Shown: positions 1-10,981, counted from the stretch's first letter. The stretch is 64,000 nt of DNA from Planctomycetota bacterium (GCA_024277065.1 JAJRVY010000360.1:3450-67449); one strand, 5' to 3'. The notes: generated from the sequence alone by a model not told the origin. Numbers and translations are program-made.

Positions 1-40
1 GATCGCCGCCGCACTGGGGCGCGAGCGCCCGGCGGGGGGC

Positions 41-700
41 GTGGACGATCTCGTCTCTCCCGAGCGCTTCGCCGTGGCGCGCGCCGGTGCCGTGCTCGTC
101 GCCGCCGTGCTGTCCGCCGCGCTCTGGTGGCGCGCAGGGGCGATCGTGAGTCGCAGCAGTCGTCTGGTCGCCGCCGCCGGCGACATCCGGCGCGCCGCCG
201 CCGCGCGGTTCGCGGCGTTGCCCGCCCTCGAGCGCTGGACGTGGGGGCTGCTGCTGGGAGGCTTCGCCCTGCAGCGCACGGTCGATGCCCTCACCGTACC
301 GCTGCATCCCGACGAGGTGACGTCGTTCCTCGCGCTCATCCGCCACGGCCCGCTCGTGGCGTTCACCGTCTACACGAGCCCCAACAACCACGTGCTGCAC
401 TCCGTGCTGTCGAGCGTCGCGGTCGCGCTGCCCGTGCCGACGACGTTTGCGATCCGCCTGACGGCGATCGTCGGCTCGATGGCCGCCGTGGCCGCGCTGG
501 CCGTATTGCTGCGGACGTCGGGCCGCGCCGTCCCGGCACTCCTCGGCATGCTCACTTTCGCGGCCCTGCCACCGGTGGTCTACTACGGAGCGAGCGGGCG
601 CGGCTACGGCCTGGTCCTCGCGGCGACGGCGCTCGGCATCGCGGCGACGGTGCAGCTCGGCTCGACGCCCGCGCGGACCGCGTCGCGTCGCTGGCGCTGA
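41..700 (+). CDS. polytopic membrane protein, GT-C/PMT-like N-terminal region; possibly 5'-partial
   Basis: 219-aa ORF with several hydrophobic helices and an HPDE loop motif reminiscent of GT-C glycosyltransferases. The frame stays open back to nt 2. TGA stop. Confidence 0.4.
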   Translation: MDDLVSPERFAVARAGAVLVAAVLSAALWWRAGAIVSRSSRLVAAAGDIRRAAAARFAALPALERWTWGLLLGGFALQRTVDALTVPLHPDEVTSFLALIRHGPLVAFTVYTSPNNHVLHSVLSSVAVALPVPTTFAIRLTAIVGSMAAVAALAVLLRTSGRAVPALLGMLTFAALPPVVYYGASGRGYGLVLAATALGIAATVQLGSTPARTASRRWR

Positions 701-769
701 GACGGTGCAGAGGTGAACGGAGGGGGCGCCGGCCGCTCTGTGCGGACACCGCAGGTACGGCGCAGCCGC

Positions 770-798
770 TCACCACCAATCCCGCATCACCACCAATC
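770..798. repeat. 12-nt direct duplication (TCACCACCAATC x2, 5-nt spacer) covering the stop codon of the 787..1197 gene
   Basis: Read directly: 770-781 and 787-798 are identical. On the minus strand both read GATTGGTGGTGA (DWW-stop). Confidence 0.6.
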
Positions 799-1197
799 GT
801 AGTGGCGCTTCAGGCGGTAGAGGCCGTAGAGCGCCCCCGCCGTCAGGAGCACCGGCGCCACCCAACTGTAGTCCGTGGGTTGGTGGACGTAACCGAGGTT
901 CTGCCCCTCTGAGGTCGGGTACCACGGGTACGGGTAGATGCCCTGGCTCTGGAACCAGGCGCGGCGTTCGCCCTCGGACATCTCGCCCGGAGGCCGTGGC
1001 CCGTGCGTCGTCGCCGGAGTCGGCCCCGGGGCCGGTGTGGCCTGCGACGCCGGCCAACTGTCGAGCGCCGGCGACGGCGCTTCCTCGGTGCGATAGACGA
1101 TGCGGTCGGCCGGAGGACCCGACGGGCTGGTGCAGCCGCTCGCCGCGAACGCGAGTGCGGCCGCGGGGACCAGAGTCGAGATGAGCCTGTTGCGCAT
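787..1197 (-). CDS. lipoprotein, Pro-rich, function unknown
   Basis: MRNRLISTLVPAAALAFAASGC gives a signal peptide plus lipobox. Start placed at the internal ATG of ORF 787..1230. TGA stop. Confidence 0.55.
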   Translation of the reverse strand: MRNRLISTLVPAAALAFAASGCTSPSGPPADRIVYRTEEAPSPALDSWPASQATPAPGPTPATTHGPRPPGEMSEGERRAWFQSQGIYPYPWYPTSEGQNLGYVHQPTDYSWVAPVLLTAGALYGLYRLKRHYDWW

Positions 1198-1257
1198 GGG
1201 GACCTCCCGGACCGGCCCAGCCCGGCCCATGCGGCCCAGTCTACATCACAGTCTGCA

Positions 1258-1572
1258 TCACCGCTCGTCGGTGATGTCGCGCATCCACGTCCACGCGGCC
1301 ACGCAGCGTGGCATGCCCAGCGTGCTCGCGGAGAGGGCGACGACCTGTTCGAGGTCCGTGACGTCGCACCCCGCCGCCAGCGCCTTGCGCGTCGCGGAGT
1401 GCACCGGGCCCTCCTGGCGGCTGCCGATGGCGAGGGCGAGTTTCACGAGCGCCACCGTCTTCGCGTCGAGCGCACCCTGGCGTGCCGCCGTCCCGAGCTG
1501 CTCCCAACCCGCGGCGAGGCCCGGGAAACGGGCCGTGAACTCCTCGTACTGCCTGGGGAGCGAGTCACCCAT
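1258..1572 (-). CDS. carboxymuconolactone decarboxylase (AhpD-like) family protein
   Basis: About 104 aa with CMD-family features. GAGGAGG Shine-Dalgarno lies just upstream of the ATG at 1572. TGA stop. Confidence 0.6.
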   Translation of the reverse strand: MGDSLPRQYEEFTARFPGLAAGWEQLGTAARQGALDAKTVALVKLALAIGSRQEGPVHSATRKALAAGCDVTDLEQVVALSASTLGMPRCVAAWTWMRDITDER

Positions 1573-1643
1573 CGCGTCACCTCCTCGTCGCACCCGACGC
1601 GCGACCGGGACAGGCTACGCAATCGGCGCGGCGCAGCCCCGTT

Positions 1644-3446
1644 TCAGAGGGTGCGCTCGAGAACGTCCGGCTCCTTGTCGTTGTCCATGCGCAGCAGGTG
1701 ATCGAGTGAAAGCGGGCCCGCGCCGCGCCAGACCTGCAGCACCAGCGTGAAGAAGATGAACGCCGTGAACTGGAAGCTCAGGTTGTCGCCCACCAGCGCG
1801 CCGCCGGCCGGGCCCGCGATGTGTACGACGACGGCGCCCAGCAGGATGATGGCGTTGACGGCGGCGGAGAGCCGCGTCACGAAGCCGAGCGCCAGGCTTG
1901 CGCCCCCGATGACGTGCGCGAAGACCACGGACCACGCGATCAGCGTCTGTCCCTGTCCCAGATCCTGGCCCAAGGAGAGCGTGTGTTCGAGATCGGACAT
2001 GTTGACGATGAAGTACACGCCCTTGATGACCAGGGCGATGCCGAGGTAGATGCGCAGCACGTCCATCGGCCGCACGTGCTTGAGACCGGGGATCAGATCG
2101 CGCAGCGGCTTGCGGCCCTCGAGCGCCTTGCGGCGCCGTGCGACCGCGGTGTCGAACTCCTCGGCGGCGGCCGCCTCGGCTGCCGGGCTGAAGCGCACGG
2201 CGAAGGTTGCGAACGAGCACAGGAAGACGAGGCCGCCCAGGATCAGCAGCGCCTGCGGATACGAGATGGCCTCGGCACGGAACAGGAAGCCCGCGCCGAC
2301 GGCACCCATGTTGCCGCCGGCGCCGACGATGCCGGCCACGGCGCCGATCGCCTTCTTGTTGATGAACGGCACGATGGAGTACGTCGCGCCCTCGGACATC
2401 TGGACGAAGAGGCTGAAGATGATCATCACGGGGATGGCGAGCGCCAGCACGCGCATCTGCGAGAAGAAGATGAGCGCGACGCCCTCGACCATGAGCGCGA
2501 TGAAGAGCCACCTGACGCGACCGCGGAGCCCGCCCTTGCGGACGAACCGGTCGCTGATGAAGCCGCCCAGCGTCCGTGCGAAGATGTTCATCAGGCCGAA
2601 GAGACCGGCAACGAGCCCGGCGGTCTTGATGCCGAGGTCGAAGTAGTCCATGTAGTAGAGCGCCGCGATGTTGTTGATCGTGAGCTCGATTCCGAAGCAC
2701 GCGGCGTAGATCACGAACAGCGCCCATACGCGGGGGTCGCGGAGCGCCATGCGGAAGCCGCCCTTGGTCCTCTCCTTCGTGGGCATCTCGCCCTTGGCCC
2801 GCAGTTCCTTGAAGTTGCCGTCGGGCAGGTCCGTCGTGAACGCGTAGTAGGCCAGGCCGGTGACGAAGCAGACCCCGCCGGCGACGACCATGGATGCGCG
2901 CCAACTGAACGCCTGGGAGTAGTCGAAGGCCACCCACGCGCCGAAGAGCAGCGGCATCACCATCTGGGTGACGCCGCCACCGAGGTTGCCCCAGCCGGCG
3001 GACGTGGCGTTCGCCGTGCCGACACAGTTCGGCGCGAACATCACCGACGTGTGGTACTGGGTGATGACGAACGAGGCACCGATGACGCCGATGCCGAGCC
3101 GGAACAGCAGGAAGCTCTGGTAGCCGGTGGCGAACCCGATGCACATGACCGGGATCGACCCGAACACCAGCAGTCCCGTGTAACAGAGGCGCGGACCGAT
3201 GCGATCGCACAGCCAGCCGATCAGGAGCCGCGCGAAGATCGTGATGGCGACCGAGGCGATGATCGTGTTGCCGATCTGCTCCTTGGTCAGGGAGAGTTCC
3301 TCGCGCACGACCGCCATCAGCGGCGCGATCCCGAACCACGCGAAGAAGCACAGGAAGAATGCGAACCACGACATGTGGAAAGCACGCATCTGCCGCGTCT
3401 TCAAGGAGAAGAGATCGATGCTCGTGGCCTTGTTGCGAACGTCCAC
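1644..3446 (-). CDS. narK: MFS nitrate/nitrite transporter (NarK/NNP family) fused to a C-terminal DoxX-like 4-TM domain
   Basis: Residues 1-420 resemble NNP-family MFS transporters (FHMSWFAFFLCFFAWFG, GWGNLGGG, GAGGNMG). Residues about 458-585 (nt about 1692-2075) show the DoxX pattern (LRIYLGIALVIKG, GGASLALGFVTRLSAAVNAIILLGAVVVH, GAGPLSLDHLL). AGGAG lies 6 nt before the GTG start. Confidence 0.85.
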   Translation of the reverse strand: MDVRNKATSIDLFSLKTRQMRAFHMSWFAFFLCFFAWFGIAPLMAVVREELSLTKEQIGNTIIASVAITIFARLLIGWLCDRIGPRLCYTGLLVFGSIPVMCIGFATGYQSFLLFRLGIGVIGASFVITQYHTSVMFAPNCVGTANATSAGWGNLGGGVTQMVMPLLFGAWVAFDYSQAFSWRASMVVAGGVCFVTGLAYYAFTTDLPDGNFKELRAKGEMPTKERTKGGFRMALRDPRVWALFVIYAACFGIELTINNIAALYYMDYFDLGIKTAGLVAGLFGLMNIFARTLGGFISDRFVRKGGLRGRVRWLFIALMVEGVALIFFSQMRVLALAIPVMIIFSLFVQMSEGATYSIVPFINKKAIGAVAGIVGAGGNMGAVGAGFLFRAEAISYPQALLILGGLVFLCSFATFAVRFSPAAEAAAAEEFDTAVARRRKALEGRKPLRDLIPGLKHVRPMDVLRIYLGIALVIKGVYFIVNMSDLEHTLSLGQDLGQGQTLIAWSVVFAHVIGGASLALGFVTRLSAAVNAIILLGAVVVHIAGPAGGALVGDNLSFQFTAFIFFTLVLQVWRGAGPLSLDHLLRMDNDKEPDVLERTL

Positions 3447-3470
3447 GCGGTGACTCCTGCCGGGGGTGGT

Positions 3471-4685
3471 TCAGGCGGCCGGTACGGCCGCGGACGAGGG
3501 CGCCGCTGAAGGGGCTGCCGCAGACGCGGCGGTCGCGACGGACGGAGGAGACGGGCGCGTGGCGCCCATCGCGGTGCGTCGCAGCCCCTCGATGGCCACC
3601 AGGAAGAAGAGCGCGACGAGTCCGACGACCGGGGCGAGTTCCCAGACCCCGGCGCGCGGCGTCTCACCCATGAGCGGGGGGCCGGCGAGGACGTAGAGAT
3701 CGACGAGCCGGCCGATGAGGACGAGGACGGATATGCGCACCAGCGCAGTGCGGCTGCGCCGCAGCCTGCGGAAGAGGAGCAGCGCGAACGGGAGTGCGCT
3801 GCAGAGCAGGCACGAGAGCTTCGTGAGCAGCCCCCACTCGTTCGACAGCCGAGCGATGTACCAGGGCGTCTCCTCGGGCAGGTTCGTGTACCAGACGAGG
3901 AGGTACTGGCTGTACCAGATGTAGCCCCAGAACAGGCACAGCGACATGAGCAGCGCTCCGAGATCGCCGTACTGCGCCGCCGTCACCTCGCCGCGCCGGT
4001 CGGCGGCGACGACGAGCACGATGGCCGCGGCCATCCCGGCGACGCCGAGTCCGGCCAGGGTCACGAGGGCGTAGATCGTGCTGAACCAGTGGGGGTCGAG
4101 GGACTGCAGCCAGTCGATGCTCGCGAGCGACCACGTCGGCGCGAAGAGCAGCACGAAGATGGCGGCGGTGCGCAGACGCCTGTGGCGGTCACCGGGTGCG
4201 TCGTCGCGGCTCTGCTCGGAGACGCGCACGAGGGCGCGCGTCGCCAGCAGCCACACGGTGAAGAACACGACGAGCCGCACCGAGAAGAACGGCGCGTTCA
4301 GGTACGAGCTCTTGGCGGTGAGGATCGGGTCGATGTCCACGATCGCGGAGTGCGACCACTCGTAGAGCGAGTGCACACCGGCGACGAGCACGAGTCCCAT
4401 GACCGCCGCAGCCGGCAGAGCGCGCGCCATCGCACGCGGCACGGACTCGAGGCGCCGCGACCAGCGCGCACCGGAGAGGCTGAGGAAGGCGAGCCCCACG
4501 GGGCCGGCGAGCGCGAGCCCCGTCAGCGCCATGAAACCGATCAGGAACCCGCTCCAGCTCCGCTGCGGGGCGATGAACAGCCCCGCCACGAAGATCGCGG
4601 CGGCGAGTCCGCTCACCCATTTGAGGGACGTGATCGTGGACCGCGCCCAGCGCGCGTCCGGGGGGCGCAGGAACGAAGAGGTCAC
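3471..4685 (-). CDS. actF: Alternative Complex III subunit ActF (NrfD-like polytopic membrane protein)
   Basis: 404-aa polytopic membrane ORF, last gene of the act cluster. ATGA overlap with actE. Confidence 0.75.
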   Translation of the reverse strand: MTSSFLRPPDARWARSTITSLKWVSGLAAAIFVAGLFIAPQRSWSGFLIGFMALTGLALAGPVGLAFLSLSGARWSRRLESVPRAMARALPAAAVMGLVLVAGVHSLYEWSHSAIVDIDPILTAKSSYLNAPFFSVRLVVFFTVWLLATRALVRVSEQSRDDAPGDRHRRLRTAAIFVLLFAPTWSLASIDWLQSLDPHWFSTIYALVTLAGLGVAGMAAAIVLVVAADRRGEVTAAQYGDLGALLMSLCLFWGYIWYSQYLLVWYTNLPEETPWYIARLSNEWGLLTKLSCLLCSALPFALLLFRRLRRSRTALVRISVLVLIGRLVDLYVLAGPPLMGETPRAGVWELAPVVGLVALFFLVAIEGLRRTAMGATRPSPPSVATAASAAAPSAAPSSAAVPAA

Positions 4686-5359
4686 CTGTTCTCCTCCTTG
4701 CCGGGAGCGGTCTCGCCCGGCGCGCCCTCCTGCGGCGGGGTGGCCTCCTCGGGCGCCGCCGCCTTGGCGGTCTGCAGCGCGCGCACGTGACGGATGACGG
4801 CCCAGCGATCGGCCGCGCTCAGACGCGTGCGCATGGCGGGCATGTTCCCGCTGCCCAGCGTGAGCACGTGGAACATCTGTCCGTCCGGCATCTGCATGGC
4901 GTTGATGCCCTTGAGGGGGGGCGGCGGCAGCATGCCGCGCAGGACCGCCGTGCCCTGTCCACCGCCCGCCGCGTCGTGGCAGGGAACGCAGTGGATGCGG
5001 AAGACCTCGGCGCCGCGCGCCTGCGCCGCCGCGTCGTCGGCCGCGAAGGGCGACGACAGCTCGCGCCCGGCGCGCTGCGCCTCAGCGTCGTCCGGGCCGT
5101 AGCGGAACGGCGTCACGCCCCGCGGCACGACACCGGCGACGAGCGCCTGCTGCGAGTAGCCGCCCGGGAGCGCGCCGGCGACCGTCTGCGACTCCGTGGC
5201 GGGCGACACCGACATGTCGGGCATGAACTCGAGGTTGCGACGCGAGTGGTCGGGCTCGACGATCCACCGCACGCCCACGAGAGTCACGACGACGAGCGCG
5301 AGCAGCGCAGCGAAACGGCCGACCAGCGGTGGCCCGGTCCGGGCGGCGGTGGGCGTCAT
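4682..5359 (-). CDS. actE: Alternative Complex III monohaem cytochrome c subunit ActE
   Basis: Single CVPCH haem motif, N-terminal membrane anchor, position after actD. ATGA overlaps on both sides. Confidence 0.8.
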   Translation of the reverse strand: MTPTAARTGPPLVGRFAALLALVVVTLVGVRWIVEPDHSRRNLEFMPDMSVSPATESQTVAGALPGGYSQQALVAGVVPRGVTPFRYGPDDAEAQRAGRELSSPFAADDAAAQARGAEVFRIHCVPCHDAAGGGQGTAVLRGMLPPPPLKGINAMQMPDGQMFHVLTLGSGNMPAMRTRLSAADRWAVIRHVRALQTAKAAAPEEATPPQEGAPGETAPGKEENR

Positions 5360-5885
5360 CGGTCGCCCTCGCGCTCGACGATGTCACGGTGCTCGACGGC
5401 GCCCGTGTCCCGCCAGAGCTGTGCGAGTTCGGTGTCGGTGACCGCCGCGTCGGGGCGCGTCACGACGAGCGCGAAGCGGTCGTCGGTCACGCGCAGGTCG
5501 CGGATCACGCCGCTGCGTCCGGGCAGCATACCGGAGCGCAGCAACAGTCCGAAGATGGTCGCCAACCCGGCGAACAGGATCGTCATCTCGAAGGCGACCG
5601 GGGCGAACGCGGGGAGCGAGTTCCAGGGCTTGCCGCCGACGTCGATGGGCCAGTCCACGGACGACGTCCAGTACTGGAACCACAGCGCGAGACCGAGCCC
5701 CAGCAGGCCGCCGGCCAGGCACGCTGCCGGGAGACGCGAGCGCGGAATGCCGACGAGGTCGTCCACGCCGTGGATGGGGTAGGGCGACATCACGTCGAGG
5801 ACGGTCAGTCCCGCTTTGCGACTCGCCCGCAGGGCGCCCAGCAGTTTCTCCTCGCTCGTGTAGAGCGCGACGTGGATGCGGCGAC

Positions 5886-5889
<4 letters not shown>
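5356..5889 (-). CDS. actD: Alternative Complex III subunit ActD (DUF3341-type)
   Basis: 177 aa with a soluble N-terminal domain and two TM helices. Sits in the conserved position between actC and actE. Confidence 0.75.
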
Positions 5890-7290
<1,401 letters not shown>

Positions 7291-7301
<11 letters not shown>

Positions 7302-7932
7302 GGCGCTCTCCCGAGGCGTGCTGCGGCCTGTTGCGCACATCGGCGAGGTACGTCACGCCGGGATCGACGTTCAGCTCGGTGAGGATCGAGTACGCGCGCG
7401 GTCCGCGCGCGAGCCCGGCGGCGGCGCTCTCCGTATCGTGCAGATCGCCGAAGGTGATGGCGTCGGCGGGGCAGGACTGCTGGCATGCCGTGCGAATGTC
7501 GCCGTCCACCAGCGGCACTCCGGTTCGCGCCGCCTCGGCTTTGGCCTCCTGGATGCGCTGCACGCACATCGAGCACTTCTCCATGACGCCGCGCGAGCGC
7601 ACGGTGACGTCGGGATTGAGCGCGAGGTTCTGCAACTCGTCGGCGCGGGGGTAATCGAACCAGTTGAAGCGGCGCGTCTTGTACGGGCAGTTGTTCGCGC
7701 AGTAGCGCGTGCCGACGCAGCGGTTGTAGATCTGCTGGTTCAGACCGTCCGTGCTGTGCACCGTGGCGAGCACGGGGCAGACGGTCTCGCACGGCGCGTT
7801 CGCGCAGTGCTGGCACATCATCGGCTGGTGCACGGCCTGCGTGTCGTCGCCCTCGCCCGTGAAGTAGCGATCGACGCGCATCCACGTCATCTCGCGGTGG
7901 CGCCGGACCTCGTCCTTGCCGACGCAGGGCAC
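7291..7932 (-). CDS. actB: ActB C-terminal part (4Fe-4S ferredoxin-like B2 module); continues in frame from 7966..10314 across a TAG
   Basis: Fe-S motifs [26 protein letters not shown] and CSMCVQRIQ...CQQSCP. Homology actually begins right after the TAG ([17 protein letters not shown], nt 7965 downward). Same reading frame as 7966..10314. Confidence 0.85.
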
Positions 7933-7965
7933 GTTGTTCTCGGACTGGCACGCGACGACGCAGCC

Positions 7966-10314
7966 CTAACAGCCGTTGCAGGCCGTGAGATCGACGACGA
8001 GGCCCCAGCGCGGTCCGTCGTTGTCGTGGTCCCGCGTCCAGAGCGACGCCTCGGGGCCCTCATGGCGCGGGATGGCGTGCGCGGGGTTCTCCTGCAACTC
8101 GGAGAGCGTCGTGACGACCGCCACGCGGCGCGTCGAGTCGCGCGCCGTCGCGAGGTGCGCGGGAACTTCCATGCGGTGGTGATCCTGCGTCGTGGCCAAC
8201 TCGACGGAGTCGCCCGTCGCCCGGACCGTGACTGCGCGGCCGCTGCGCCGCAGACCCTGTTCGCGAAGCTCGAGGAGCGCGGCGGCGCGCGCCCCGACGG
8301 TCTCCCCCTCGCGGACGGTGAGGCGACCCTCGAGCCAGCTCGGGCCGATCCTGGAGAAGCGGTCCGTGCCGCTCACGCCGTAGCCCGCGGCCACGGCGAC
8401 GACGCCGTCGTGCTGGCCGGGGACGAGCGTCGCCGGCAGTTCCACCGCCGCCCCGTCGTCGGCCACCACGCGTACGACGTCACCGTCGCTGACGCCGAGC
8501 CGCGCGGCCGTCGCCGGAGAGAGCTGCGCGCAGTTGTCCCAGACCAGCGTCGTGATGGGGTCCGGCATCTCGTGGAGCCACGCGTTGTGTGCGTGGCGGC
8601 CCTCCGGGACGCCGACCTTCGCGTGGACGACGAGTTCGAGCGCGCCCCCGTCGGTGGGCGTGGGGCGCGGCGCCGCGGCGAGCAGCGCGCGTAGTCCCGC
8701 ATCGTTCCACCGCGGCGTCGCGCCGGGTGCCGGCCGGGCCTGCACGAAGCCGGACTCGAGTGCCCGGTCGAAGAGCACGCCGGCCGCGCCGGCGCCCTGG
8801 GTGCGCCGCGCGAGCACACTCTTCCAGTGGTCGCGCACGAGGGCGTGGTCGTCACGGGAGTCGCCGCTCCAGCGCGCCAGCGAGGCGCGCAGGGTGCGCG
8901 CGGAGCGCAGCGGCGGCACGGTCGGCTGCGAGAGACTCAGTTGCCCCGTGATCGCCTCGGCGTCGTTCCACGACTCCAGCTCATGCGGGGCGGGGGCGTT
9001 CGCCGCCGCCTGCGCCGAGGTCTCGTCCGGGGCGCAGGCCGTCGTCACGACGAACGGGACCTTCGACAGCGCGTCGCGGAAGCCCGCGCCGTCCGCGAGT
9101 TCGTAGACGGGATCGAGGTCGTGGACGATCAGCACCTTCACGGCGCCCGACCGCATCTCGTCGATGAGGCGCCGCAGCGCGCCGTCGTCGCCGCGGCGCA
9201 CGAATGACGGCCGCGCGAGATCGAGCGTCGCGCCGTAGCTGCCGAGCATCTCGTTGGCGAGCACGGCGAGAGCCTGCGCCCCGGGGTCGTCGCTCCCGCA
9301 GATGACGAGCGCGCGGCCCTTGGCTGCCCACAGCTCCGCGGCGAGCGCGAGGAGCGCTTCCGCGTGGGGCGCGCCGTCGGCCTCGGCCGCCAGATCCACG
9401 CGGCGGCCGGCGTGCCCGGCGATGGCGATGGTGAGCGTGGCGAGGGCGGCGCGCAGCTCAGACGGCGTCACCACGAGGCGTTCGTCCGCGGCGCTGCCCG
9501 TGATCGACATCGCGGACTCGAAGTGCACGTGCCGCGACATCGGCGGACTCGGCGTCGCGGTCACCGCATCGTCCGGCCGCCGCCGCGCCGCGTAGGACTT
9601 GGCGAACTCGACCGGCGACAGCCACGTGCCGAGGAAGTCGGCGTCGAAGGCCGCGATCACGTCGGTGCGCTCGAAGTGCATGCGCGGCAGCGCGCGCACG
9701 CCGAACGCGGCATCGTGGGCGTCCAGGAGCGCCGACGCCGAGCGCGGATCCCATTCCACGTGCGTGCCGCCGTGCTGCGCCAGGAAGCGCCCGATCCAGT
9801 CGCGCGTGCTGGGGCTCGTGACGGTGCGCGAGAGGATGCGCACGCCGCCGCCCGCGCTCGCGAGCGCCTCCGTGACGGCCGCGTCGAGCGCTTCCCACGT
9901 CGCGCTCTCGCCGCGTAGCACGGCGCCGTCGGTGCGGCGGCCGTCGTAGAGGTCGAGCAGCGACGCCTGTCCGACGGCGCAGAGTCCGCCGCGCGAGACG
10001 GCGTGATCGGGGTTGCCCTCGAGTTTGATGGGGCGCCCGTCGCGGCAGCGCGCGAGCACGCCGCAACGCGCTTCGCAACCGGCGCACGTCGTCGCGATCC
10101 AGAACGGCCGGCCGGCCTGGACGCCTTCGGCGGCGTCGAGGCGCGGGACGACGAGGCGCACCGGGCCGCGCGTGCAGCCGGCGAGGGTTGCCGAGGCGAC
10201 GCCGAATCCGGCGAGCTTCAGGAACGTCCGCCGCGAGGCGTTGTCGCGCTCGACGGGCAGCACGATGTCGTCGCAGCGGGCGGGATCGGTGGTGGAGCCG
10301 TTGGGGTCACGCAT
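7966..10314 (-). CDS. actB: ActB N-terminal part (molybdopterin-oxidoreductase-like B1 module with Tat signal), ended by an in-frame TAG
   Basis: SRRTFLKLAGFGVASATLAGC Tat-type signal and a molybdopterin-oxidoreductase-like fold. The ORF ends ...DLTACNGC followed by TAG, inside a CxxCxxCxxxC cluster motif. Confidence 0.85.
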   Translation of the reverse strand: MRDPNGSTTDPARCDDIVLPVERDNASRRTFLKLAGFGVASATLAGCTRGPVRLVVPRLDAAEGVQAGRPFWIATTCAGCEARCGVLARCRDGRPIKLEGNPDHAVSRGGLCAVGQASLLDLYDGRRTDGAVLRGESATWEALDAAVTEALASAGGGVRILSRTVTSPSTRDWIGRFLAQHGGTHVEWDPRSASALLDAHDAAFGVRALPRMHFERTDVIAAFDADFLGTWLSPVEFAKSYAARRRPDDAVTATPSPPMSRHVHFESAMSITGSAADERLVVTPSELRAALATLTIAIAGHAGRRVDLAAEADGAPHAEALLALAAELWAAKGRALVICGSDDPGAQALAVLANEMLGSYGATLDLARPSFVRRGDDGALRRLIDEMRSGAVKVLIVHDLDPVYELADGAGFRDALSKVPFVVTTACAPDETSAQAAANAPAPHELESWNDAEAITGQLSLSQPTVPPLRSARTLRASLARWSGDSRDDHALVRDHWKSVLARRTQGAGAAGVLFDRALESGFVQARPAPGATPRWNDAGLRALLAAAPRPTPTDGGALELVVHAKVGVPEGRHAHNAWLHEMPDPITTLVWDNCAQLSPATAARLGVSDGDVVRVVADDGAAVELPATLVPGQHDGVVAVAAGYGVSGTDRFSRIGPSWLEGRLTVREGETVGARAAALLELREQGLRRSGRAVTVRATGDSVELATTQDHHRMEVPAHLATARDSTRRVAVVTTLSELQENPAHAIPRHEGPEASLWTRDHDNDGPRWGLVVDLTACNGC

Positions 10315-10315
10315 G

Positions 10316-10981
10316 TCAGTAGTGACACCTCGCGCAGTCGATGGAGACGTGGTCGCCGCCGGGCGTCGCCGCCGGGGCGGCGTTCCTGTCGGCGGGTGTC
10401 GTGCGGTGGCAGTCCATGCACCAGCCCATGGAGAGGTCCGCGAACTGACGGACGCGCTCCATGGACCTGACGGGGCCGTGACACTGCGCGCACGCCAGGC
10501 CGCGGGCCACGTGCACGCGGTGGTCGAAGTAGACGAAGTCCGGGAGCTGGTGCACGCGCACCCACTCGATGGGGCGCCGTTCCCGTTCCGGGTCCGGCTT
10601 GAGCTCGTCGTCGAGGCCCATTGCGTCGTACAGCTTGCGCATCTCCGGCGACACGATCAGGCGCGGCTCGCGCTCCTCGGCGGCGGCCAGTTCACGCTCC
10701 TCGAGGATCGTGTCGAACGGGGCCGTCACGTGCTGGTGGCACTGCATGCAGACCTCGGCTGGCGGGATGCCCGCGTGGCGGCTCTTCTCGGCGCCGTAGT
10801 GGCATGCGAGGCAGTCGATCTGCAGCTCGCCCGCGTGGATGCGGTGCGAGTACGCGATGGGCTGCAGCGGCTCGTAGCCCTGGTGGTTGCCCGGCAGCCG
10901 GATCTCGGTCTCCGCGAGGACGGCGCCGAGTCCGACCACGAGCGTGCAGGCGGCGAACGCGATGGGAGCGGTACAGGACAT
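10316..10981 (-). CDS. actA: Alternative Complex III pentahaem cytochrome c subunit ActA
   Basis: Five CxxCH motifs (CLACH, CMQCH, CAQCH, CMDCH, CARCH) and an N-terminal anchor MSCTAPIAFAACTLVV. The ATG shares 1 nt with the narK stop (TGATG). Confidence 0.85.
   Translation of the reverse strand: MSCTAPIAFAACTLVVGLGAVLAETEIRLPGNHQGYEPLQPIAYSHRIHAGELQIDCLACHYGAEKSRHAGIPPAEVCMQCHQHVTAPFDTILEERELAAAEEREPRLIVSPEMRKLYDAMGLDDELKPDPERERRPIEWVRVHQLPDFVYFDHRVHVARGLACAQCHGPVRSMERVRQFADLSMGWCMDCHRTTPADRNAAPAATPGGDHVSIDCARCHY

Noticed and set aside
1615-3509. Very long alternative-frame and antisense ORFs over narK::doxX (584 aa, 562 aa). Similar ones lie over narG/narH (13796..15358, 15355..17034, 17116..18537), actB, gyrA (39916..41889), the kinase and others.
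   Set aside because: Their products are Arg/Pro/Gly/Ala-rich low-complexity strings with no motifs. The overlapping frames carry unmistakable conserved proteins. At about 70% GC, stop codons are rare in all frames.
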